Part shown: positions 54,806 to 61,908 of the stretch, one piece after another
Position numbering within the stretch: position 1 is the first letter of the stretch
Layout: each line of letters starts with the position of its first letter
DNA from: a virus
Lineage: Duplodnaviria > Caudoviricetes
Direction: 5' to 3' (one strand)
IMG/VR virus record: IMGVR_UViG_3300033067_000570
Location: 1-61,908 of that record
DNA: 61,908 bases
Made by a program: the position numbers and the translations under genes
The notes under the pieces: model-generated
The model's input: the letters and a program-made list of their open reading frames with translations, nothing else
Databases searched by the model: none
What the model was told of the DNA's origin: nothing

Positions 54806-55054
54806 TTACGCGCGCATCAGCGCGTCGAACCGGCCGAGGGCGTAGTTGCGGCGCTGGGCACGGTACGTCCAGCCCTGCCGAGGAGACTTCATCTTGACGC
54901 CGAGAACCTTGAACAGCGTGTTCAGTTCGTCACCCTTCTTGGCGTGCCTTCTGATCTTGAACGACGAAATGTGCGCGTCGGTGTTCATGAACCGCGTGTA
55001 GTAACGCGGCCTCGGCGTTTCGTTTGTTCCGTCGTTGATCTTGTTGTAGCTCAT
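54806..55054 (-). CDS. Hypothetical basic protein
   Basis: ATG with an AGGAAGG RBS. Confidence 0.65.
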   Translation of the reverse strand: MSYNKINDGTNETPRPRYYTRFMNTDAHISSFKIRRHAKKGDELNTLFKVLGVKMKSPRQGWTYRAQRRNYALGRFDALMRA

Positions 55055-55109
55055 GCCACACCTTCCTGATCTATTTATGTGACTAAATCGGCTTCTCTGA
55101 TCTACAATG

Positions 55110-55670
55110 TTAGATCAAGGACCTCTTGGCGTCCTCGACCTGGGCCACGATATCACAGAGACTCGCCTGCCGGACGGTCCCCCTCTTGCCGTTCAGCGCC
55201 ACATCGAGCCGGCGGACCAGAGCATCGCGAGTCTCGCTGCGGTGTTTTGACAGTGTACGCTGCATTTCGAGCGCACGCTTCTGAACCTCGACGGCATCGC
55301 GTAGCCAGATCGCTTCCTCTGCCATGCGTAGGAGGTCCGGTGCGGCGGCGAGAAGCATCGCGATGTAGGTGGCGTTAATTGCGCCGTTCGCGGTGTTGCC
55401 GGTGTAGCACATGACGTGCTTTCCGTTCTCGTCATCCATGCCGTTCAGTGCGAGGGTCACGCCGAAGACGGCAGAGCCTTGGCTGATCAGGGCGCTGTGC
55501 GCCATGATTTCGGCTGCGTCGGCCGGCGTCTGCGGAGACGTGCCGTCGGGCTTTGCGAAGCTTGCCGGGTAGAACTCACCGGAAGATGACATATTCATGT
55601 AGTTCTCAATGGCCTTAATGTCGTTCAGCGACAGGTCTTCACTTACGGGATTGGACACATAATCCTCCAC
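55110..55670 (-). CDS. Hypothetical protein (NA..IA...AAPDLL motif, Ead/Ea22-like)
   Basis: Motif seen in the translation; start uncertain. Confidence 0.65.
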   Translation of the reverse strand: MEDYVSNPVSEDLSLNDIKAIENYMNMSSSGEFYPASFAKPDGTSPQTPADAAEIMAHSALISQGSAVFGVTLALNGMDDENGKHVMCYTGNTANGAINATYIAMLLAAAPDLLRMAEEAIWLRDAVEVQKRALEMQRTLSKHRSETRDALVRRLDVALNGKRGTVRQASLCDIVAQVEDAKRSLI

Positions 55671-55771
55671 TATGACTAGGGTTTCAAAAGAAAGAAAAGG
55701 GTGGGAGATGCTTTGTTACAGCCCGCATCTCCCGAAGGGCCGGTCGGATGGTCGTGCCGTCCCGTTAGGGA

Positions 55772-56017
55772 TTAGGCAGCGAAGCGCATCTCGACAATAC
55801 CGTTGTCGTTGGCATTTGTGTTACAGACAGGCTCCACACACCTACTTACCGTCAATCGATTCCACTTCGCCCCCATCAACAACGCTCCACGGAATTGAAC
55901 CGCTTTCGTATCATGATACCTATGCACTGCACACCAGTAGCTAGTCTGGTCGGAGTGCTGTTGGTGGAGGCGGCGGGTAACGATCCCGCGTCTTGACGTT
56001 TTTTGGAAGTGCTTCAT
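55772..56017 (-). CDS. Hypothetical protein
   Basis: ATG ORF on the operon strand. Confidence 0.45.
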   Translation of the reverse strand: MKHFQKTSRRGIVTRRLHQQHSDQTSYWCAVHRYHDTKAVQFRGALLMGAKWNRLTVSRCVEPVCNTNANDNGIVEMRFAA

Positions 56018-56091
56018 CGCTCGTCCATGAAGCGGACAGTGCCATGACGGCTTACCGCTGTCAATGACACTGTTTCGCCGATGGTTAATTC

Positions 56092-57255
56092 TTACAAGCG
56101 ATAGTACATCCCGTGGATGTCGAGATCTACCGCCGCAGCCGTCGCGCCGTTGTTGATTGCGGCCTGTGACGCCATGAAGATATTGTCTCTCGGAATTTCA
56201 GTCGATATTGTTCCTGTCGCAACGTAGGTCGTACCAAGACGCTCTACAGTATAAGAAATACTTGATCCGTTCGGTGCACAAGATATTGTCACGTGATACA
56301 CTACGTCGGCGCTGACCGGGAAGTTAGCTCCCAAGCCCACCTTCGTTGGAAGGCCCACGTTGTCGTTATGGAATATAGACAACGTCGTATCTGCGTCGTC
56401 AAATCCCACGCCGAACATGTCAAAATCAGCCAACGATCCCGGCGATGCGGTGTCAACCACAAATGATGCATCACCAAGAAAACCAACGAACCCGCGCTGT
56501 GTCGCAGCCAATGTACCTGTCAGAGCAAACCGGGCTTGGAAGTTGAACCCACCCAGTCCACTATCATTACCCCTCCAGATAAATCTGGATGACTGCCGAA
56601 TACCTGCTGAACTATTAGCAGTCGCTCCAGTCCGATAAGACAATCTACGCGCCGCAGCGTTCAACCCCGTGTTTGTAACGGTGCGAGAAATAGCTGAGCC
56701 AAGAGTTGACGTGAGAAAGCCCATCTGTGACACGGTCGTCGAACTCGGGTTTGGAACCCAATAACCTTCAACCGTTCTCCCAAGCGCATCATCGAGCGCA
56801 ATCGTACCTGTTTTATTCGGCAGAGACAGCGTCCGTTCAGCGCCGGCCGTGAGGGACGCAGCATCGAACTTAACACTCTTTGTAGTGTCTGTCTTATCGC
56901 GTACAGTCAGTTCTTCTGCGGTAACGTATACGCGACCCTTCGTTGCGTGAGACGTGGACGACAGCGTCAGATTTTCTCCGCCGCCGGTTCCGCCAATAAG
57001 CGTTTGTCCTCCGCTCTTGCCTGCCAATTTCAAATACTGAGAGTCGTCTGTGCCCAAAACGCGCGTGATGCTCGAACCATAGGTGATAGCCGTGCAATGT
57101 TGCGTCGTAAAGCCCACGCCACCGGAATCCATTCCTTTGCGAATGGTCACGACATAGGTACCCGGCAGGAGTTCTGCCGGATTCGTTACGACGTAATCGC
57201 CCTCTTTCGTGAAGTTATCGAGGGCCGCGCCGTCATGAAGGACCGTTAGCGCCAT
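56092..57255 (-). CDS. Virion fiber-like protein
   Basis: Gly/Thr-rich; QYL.L.G..GGQ...GG fiber motif, R.L.LPNK.GT.A motif and a C-terminal beta-sandwich. Confidence 0.7.
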   Translation of the reverse strand: MALTVLHDGAALDNFTKEGDYVVTNPAELLPGTYVVTIRKGMDSGGVGFTTQHCTAITYGSSITRVLGTDDSQYLKLAGKSGGQTLIGGTGGGENLTLSSTSHATKGRVYVTAEELTVRDKTDTTKSVKFDAASLTAGAERTLSLPNKTGTIALDDALGRTVEGYWVPNPSSTTVSQMGFLTSTLGSAISRTVTNTGLNAAARRLSYRTGATANSSAGIRQSSRFIWRGNDSGLGGFNFQARFALTGTLAATQRGFVGFLGDASFVVDTASPGSLADFDMFGVGFDDADTTLSIFHNDNVGLPTKVGLGANFPVSADVVYHVTISCAPNGSSISYTVERLGTTYVATGTISTEIPRDNIFMASQAAINNGATAAAVDLDIHGMYYRL

Positions 57256-57343
57256 GCGAGGTTAGGTTCCATTGCCTGGGGGTCAATGATGGTCATTATC
57301 ATTGACGCATAACAATGTCAATAACATAAATACTCACGCGGCG

Positions 57344-57568
57344 TCAGTGGTCAGGAATATACGATTCCGTCATTACGCCTGTGCCGATGTCCGTTATTGT
57401 ATGGTAGAAAAAGCCCATACCACGATTATCGACGACACGAAGAATATCAACAATAAACTCTCCCTTCCCTAGATCTTCCGGGTTCTTCACAACGAAACTA
57501 CCCGGCGCCATGATATCAATGATCCGCGTGCCGTCAGGAAGTATGCTACGTGTTCTGTTGAACGGCAT
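57344..57568 (-). CDS. Small protein paralogous to the N-terminal domain of the 56092-57255 fiber
   Basis: L.DG......G..VV.NP..L..G...V.I....D..G.GF is shared by both; AAGGA RBS. Confidence 0.7.
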   Translation of the reverse strand: MPFNRTRSILPDGTRIIDIMAPGSFVVKNPEDLGKGEFIVDILRVVDNRGMGFFYHTITDIGTGVMTESYIPDH

Positions 57569-57570
57569 TA

Positions 57571-57825
57571 TCATTCCTTGATATTGTGCATACCGTACCT
57601 CATAAACAGTAGGCTGATTGAGCCGTACAACGCCGGCATATTTTTCGTCCGCGAGTAAGCACATCCGGCCACACCGTCGAAGCCTACCGTAGCGTACGCA
57701 ATAGCCGTTATCTTGCCTGCCTTTGCATCGGCCAAAAGCCCTTCGGCTATCTCGATCACGCTTTTCTCCACTTTCCGCTCAAAGCGGTGTTCGTGGATGT
57801 CCATGACGTTCGAATCTTCACTCAT
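57571..57825 (-). CDS. Hypothetical protein
   Basis: LLA.AK.G.I..IAY motif, common in small phage proteins. Confidence 0.7.
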   Translation of the reverse strand: MSEDSNVMDIHEHRFERKVEKSVIEIAEGLLADAKAGKITAIAYATVGFDGVAGCAYSRTKNMPALYGSISLLFMRYGMHNIKE

Positions 57826-57867
57826 GGCGCATCTGACTCCTCGGTTTTTGTCTTGTGCGCCGCTCCC

Positions 57868-59550
57868 TTACGTCTTGGCGGGCTGGTTGGTTTTGACTGG
57901 GGGGCGTCCTGGCTTTCCGCCCGGCGCTCTGCCAGCAGCTGCTCCGTTATTTCGATTGCCCGCTTTATGACCCGCCGCCGGGTCTGCATTATCTGCTGCT
58001 TCATCAGCCATCTCTTGCTCATCTTCCAGGTTCTCCTGTTCGAGCTGTGTCTTTTTGTCCGGGAAGCCTTCGTGCATCGCCTCGATGTTCGGCTGGTGCG
58101 GGAAGCTATCCATCGTATCGAGCTGCTTCTTCAACTCGGCGAGGCTCATCCAGTCTGGAATAACCAGCGCCTTTTTCAGGTACTCGTAGACGACCTCGAT
58201 CGGAATGATACCGTCCTTGTACAGCGCATGGATAGCGCGGAATTCGCGCGAACCGATGTCGGAGAACAAGAAGTCCTTGTTGAATTCAACAGAAATCTTA
58301 TCGGCTTCCTCTTTGGAAAGCCCTGACCACCACGCCCACAACCGCAATAGCTCAGTGAAGCCCTTATCCAGCGCACGTGACGCGATCAACAGGGTAGCGT
58401 GCTCATTCAGCTGCGCCATTTTCGCCGAATTGTTGCTTTCGGACGTTGCACCGGTTCGGATGCCGATAATCCGGCCGCCAAGTGCGGCGGCTTGGTGCTC
58501 TTTCGTGTCGAGCGCCTTCTCAAGGAAGGCCAAGCCCTGTCCGTAGAACTCAAGCAGGCCCGGCTTCGATCCGGCTGGAACTTCCCACACACGCGAGGGC
58601 GCAAGCTCGTAATCCATGCCACCTTCGGCACCCTGCGGAATCTCGGCGTAGTAGATCGGAAAGCCCGTGAAGAAGCGCCCCTGCTCCAGCTGTGCGTAGC
58701 TGCGGTAGTGGGACAGATTCAGCCGGATGATGTCGTACAGCGCCGACTTTTCGACGCCGTACGTCCCCATTGACGGGGTAAACAGGATGAACGGAATGAA
58801 ATCCAGGGTCACGCCGCGTCTCTCGGGGGCGTGCCGGCTAATGAGGTAGGTGTCAGTGATGTCGGCGTCTGCGTTGTCCGCTTCGTACAAAGACTGTGTG
58901 TATACGCCGTTGATAAGCTCAAGAACACGGTACTTTGCGACGTACTTACGCTCGCCAGAGTAGTTTCCGGCCGTAAGTTTCACTTCACGGAGAGCGACAC
59001 GTGTCAACCGCGCCCGCCCGGTGTTCGGATCACGATCATGATCCCAATCAACGATGTGTTCTGCCGTGTAGGTCACAAAGTACGGCTTCGGCGTGACTGA
59101 CGGCGTTGCAGACAGGTCGAGCAGAACGCCGACGCGGCCCAGCGCCAGAAGCTCAGTAGCTGCGCCGCTGGAATAACCGACGAACGACTCGTTGTTGATC
59201 GAGATGTTCTCTAAGCCGGTAACCATGCGTTCAGGGAGGCCGCTGATCGCCGGATTACGCCGGAAAATCGTGCCATTCAGCGCCTGTAGCGTCTGTCCTG
59301 AGAAGTTGTAGTAGGTCGCGCGGTCCAGGTACGCAAGGTACTCGCCGTCATCCATACTCTCCATCGCCGGAAGATAAACGACGGATTCGGCCTTGATTTC
59401 TTTCTCACCCGCAATCGCATGACGGGTCTGCTTCCAGTCGTCGTAGGCATAGACGAACTCCGGGTGTGCCCATCCTGGGATCGGCCACATCGTCGGAAAC
59501 AGATTTTCTCGCCTGATCGACGAAGCTGCACGAGTACGGGGGAACGCCAT
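57868..59550 (-). CDS. Portal protein (DUF4055 family)
   Basis: YLP, Y..YL.RA.YYN, GRVG.L.D, FIPF, NLSHYRS.A and N.DF motifs. Confidence 0.9.
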   Translation of the reverse strand: MAFPRTRAASSIRRENLFPTMWPIPGWAHPEFVYAYDDWKQTRHAIAGEKEIKAESVVYLPAMESMDDGEYLAYLDRATYYNFSGQTLQALNGTIFRRNPAISGLPERMVTGLENISINNESFVGYSSGAATELLALGRVGVLLDLSATPSVTPKPYFVTYTAEHIVDWDHDRDPNTGRARLTRVALREVKLTAGNYSGERKYVAKYRVLELINGVYTQSLYEADNADADITDTYLISRHAPERRGVTLDFIPFILFTPSMGTYGVEKSALYDIIRLNLSHYRSYAQLEQGRFFTGFPIYYAEIPQGAEGGMDYELAPSRVWEVPAGSKPGLLEFYGQGLAFLEKALDTKEHQAAALGGRIIGIRTGATSESNNSAKMAQLNEHATLLIASRALDKGFTELLRLWAWWSGLSKEEADKISVEFNKDFLFSDIGSREFRAIHALYKDGIIPIEVVYEYLKKALVIPDWMSLAELKKQLDTMDSFPHQPNIEAMHEGFPDKKTQLEQENLEDEQEMADEAADNADPAAGHKAGNRNNGAAAGRAPGGKPGRPPVKTNQPAKT

Positions 59551-59733
59551 GCGGTTGAGGCCCTTTATTTGTGTATCACTAACTCGTATTACACAAAATT
59601 AAGAAGTAGTCAACGCTAATTAGGCAAAATCAGCGTACGTCGTCCACGTATGCACCTTACGTCCGCACCCATCTGTACGCTTCATCAACATGTCTGGTCC
59701 CATATGTACGAAATCTCGCGGTTTATCGACATG

Positions 59734-59859
59734 TTATTCCGGATTTTTCCTCCGACTTCGGCCAGAGCCGGCGGGCATACACTTCGACAGCGCACGTCTG
59801 CCATTCTTCACGTCGAGAAAGGCGAAGTTTGCGCTTACTGACTTGGGGATCTTGGGCAT
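59734..59859 (-). CDS. Possible 41-aa basic peptide
   Basis: MPKIPKSVSANFAFLDVKNGRRALSKCMPAGSGRSRRKNPE*; AGGAG RBS. Confidence 0.35.
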   Translation of the reverse strand: MPKIPKSVSANFAFLDVKNGRRALSKCMPAGSGRSRRKNPE

Positions 59860-59979
59860 TTATTTTTTACTCCTGCGCCACGATGGCGCTGTTTTGGTGG
59901 CACCTGGCTATTGCTGGAGGTACCATGACATATTCTACAGGGGAGGGGCTGGGAGAATGGTTCCTTGGTTAATGATGTG

Positions 59980-61030
59980 GTGGGGACAGCGCGCTTAGGG
60001 GTGAGGACAGTGCGCTTATGGCGGTGGGGACAGTGCGCTTATGGCGGTGGGGACAGTGCGCTGTAGCTCATATTTTAGCTCTAAATGGCGGGTTTGCCAG
60101 CATGTGGCTAATATGTTAGCGCCTACATCCGTGCAAAGTGTGTTTGCGCCTACACATGAATGCGCCGCTACAACATGCAAAAATTTAAGGTAGCCTTACA
60201 GGTGACAACCCACTATGATACCCCGTACCCGGAGGGTACCCGAAGGTACCATCACGAAGTATTAAGGTTACTAATCTGTTGACAGCGCACTGACCATCCC
60301 ATTATGAGACAATCATTAGTAGATCAGTAACCAATTATGCAAAAACCCCGTGTCAATAGCAAAAATGCTATTGACAGCCGAATTACGCCAACATTCGAAA
60401 ACATGGTATACGAACAGTTAAAAACTGTACAGGAACGGAACAATGGACGTGAACGCATCAAATCGCGTTGTGCAACGCACAACCATGTGTGCACTGACGA
60501 CGCTCTGCATGGTGCAGCGCACCATATGCACACATTGCCTAGTTATGAGGCAAGGTGCATACACACATTGCCTAGTTATGAGGCAAGGCGCATACACATG
60601 CTAGCCGGTCACGCACGCCCTACGCTACACGCTACACGTGCGGTGCGTGGTCAGTGCGCTGTAGTAAGTCAGCCTTCCAGAGGTGGCCAGGGACGGTCGG
60701 AGGTGGCCAGGGACGGTCAGGGGCGGCCAGGGATTGTCAGTGCGCTGTAATGGGCCGGCCTTCCGAAGGTGGCCGGGGGCGGTCAGTGCGCTGTAATAAG
60801 CCGGCCTTCCGGAGGTGGCCTTCCGGACGTGGCCGGGGGCGGTCAGTGCGCTGTAATAAGCCGGCCTTCCGGAGGTGGCCAAGGATGGCCGGAGATGGCC
60901 GGAGATGGCCAAGGATGGCCGGAGGTGGCCAAGGATGGCCGGAGATGGCCGGAGATGGCCAAGGATGGCCGGAGGTGGCCAAGGATGGCCGGAGATGGCC
61001 AGGAACCGGCCAGGGATTGTCAGTGCGCTT
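59980..61030. repeat. Repeat-rich non-coding region
   Basis: GGGACAGTGCGCTTATGGCGGTG tandem copies (~59982-60064), CACACATTGCCTAGTTATGAGGCAAGG x2, CAGTGCGCTGT motifs, and GGAGATGGCC/GGAGGTGGCC/AAGGATGGCC decamer arrays (60871-61000). Confidence 0.9.
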
Positions 61031-61393
61031 TGACGGCAATCTGTCGTGTCCTAGATTGAGTAATTGCGGACATGACGACGTGCGCCGCATGGTGGGATGT
61101 GGCGCACGTTTAGCGTGGAGTGCTGCCGGGTGATAATCGTCACAGTTCAACGCCGCGCCAAAAACTTTGGTCGTCTCGGCCTTCGAAGTGATGTTGCGCC
61201 ATGATCCGCGCGCTAGTGGCTCATACGCGCGCGCGGAGTGATTCCAGCTGATAAAGCGACCCGTGCTGCGCTCATACCAATCGCCGCTGATCGACCACGC
61301 AAAGCTTGCGGCGTACTCCCCATACACTGCCCCGGCGATGTGGACTCTTTGCACTTCGGCCGTCAGGTACGTTGTGCGGTTTTCCAGGTTCAT
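60737..61393 (-). CDS. Hypothetical protein (C-terminal part reads through the repeat array)
   Basis: AAGGAG RBS before GTG/ATG 61393 region; the N-terminal ~100 aa look protein-like and the rest is translated repeat. Confidence 0.45.
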   Translation of the reverse strand: MNLENRTTYLTAEVQRVHIAGAVYGEYAASFAWSISGDWYERSTGRFISWNHSARAYEPLARGSWRNITSKAETTKVFGAALNCDDYHPAALHAKRAPHPTMRRTSSCPQLLNLGHDRLPSKRTDNPWPVPGHLRPSLATSGHPWPSPAISGHPWPPPAILGHLRPSPAILGHLRKAGLLQRTDRPRPRPEGHLRKAGLLQRTDRPRPPSEGRPITAH

Positions 61394-61584
61394 TGACGCG
61401 CTCCTTGCTCAAATGCGGGCGCTTTGCGGAAGCGCAGATGCGGCGCCGATGCCGCCAGAATTGCCACGTACACGACGCGCACGATGTCGCCAGTGGAGGG
61501 GCCAAGGTGTGCGAGCATGGCCGGTGAGTGTAGGTGCACCGCGTCGCGAATATCGATCACGTGACGGCCAACGCAAAAAAACAT
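61390..61584 (-). CDS. Hypothetical protein
   Basis: Short ATG ORF whose stop overlaps the next start. Confidence 0.35.
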   Translation of the reverse strand: MFFCVGRHVIDIRDAVHLHSPAMLAHLGPSTGDIVRVVYVAILAASAPHLRFRKAPAFEQGARQ

Positions 61585-61731
61585 ACGTCAGCGGACGGTT
61601 GCCTTTCAGCATACAGCAGACTTGCCGGCCGCGAATTGTCAGACCGACTTTATCTCCGCGCCGCACATCGCAACATCTGCCGATGTGTTCGAGTTGCATA
61701 AGCCCGTTTCTGTCCGGAAAAGTTTGCCACA

Positions 61732-61747
61732 TTAATCGACCGTTAAC
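61732..61747. promoter_or_regulatory. Consensus CtrA box (TTAA-N7-TTAAC)
   Basis: TTAATCGACCGTTAAC. Confidence 0.6.
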
Positions 61748-61759
61748 TAAGAGAGTCGC

Positions 61760-61831
61760 CCTATTTTCTCCTCGCTATTTTCTCCCCGCTATTTTCTCCC
61801 CGCTATTTTCTCCCCGCTATTTTCTCCCCGC
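61760..61831. repeat. 14-bp tandem repeat (CTATTTTCTCCCCG)x5
   Basis: Directly visible; the first copy has one mismatch. Confidence 0.92.
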
Positions 61832-61908
61832 AGAAGAACGTCTAACGCGCCCTTCGCCCGACGTTGGCCGGAGATCGCCCCCAGTATGTTCCCACGTATG
61901 CGTCCGCC

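Noticed and set aside
60640-61030. Repeat array as a CRISPR or TIGR-type guide array
   Set aside because: The units are tandem or degenerate copies with no unique spacers, and there is no Cas or Nop-domain gene. The Cas4-like gene is a typical stand-alone phage exonuclease in the replication module.
60324-61133. ORFs 60337-60750, 60625-60912, 60654-61133 and 60769-61059
   Set aside because: They consist mostly of translated repeats and have no convincing RBS.

Overview
This window is the core of a tailed dsDNA siphophage genome that most likely infects an Alphaproteobacterium. The terminase, major and minor capsid, 602-aa tail tube, rIIA/rIIB, T7-like DNA polymerase and GTA-like tail-tip genes resemble, from recall, the Caulobacter phiCbK-like group, but the core here is far more compact. 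Layout: (i) a minus-strand packaging/replication block with TerL (truncated at the left edge), TerS, a primase-helicase-like gene, an Ntn-hydrolase and a tyrosine recombinase, plus a RuvC-like resolvase on the plus strand; (ii) a plus-strand block with rIIA/B, SNF2 helicase, PolA, Cas4-like nuclease, DUF5664, class II RNR, dUTPase, HNH genes, amidase, spanins and a baseplate hub; (iii) a minus-strand virion operon from portal to distal tail; (iv) a repeat-rich non-coding right end. Three LAGLIDADG inteins are present and all have non-canonical termini. Signals the ORF track misses: a 57-aa stand-alone HigA-antitoxin-like protein (candidate anti-toxin-antitoxin counter-defence), CtrA-type boxes upstream of late genes, an orphan IS200/IS605 (TnpB omegaRNA-like) end, a degenerate tRNA(CAU)-like RNA with its own promoter, a candidate ~400-nt structured RNA, a ~110-bp inverted-repeat ori-like region, a window-wide ACAGCGCACTG motif, and a textbook -1 frameshift in the tail chaperone. 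All family assignments come from motif recognition by eye; no database searches were run.
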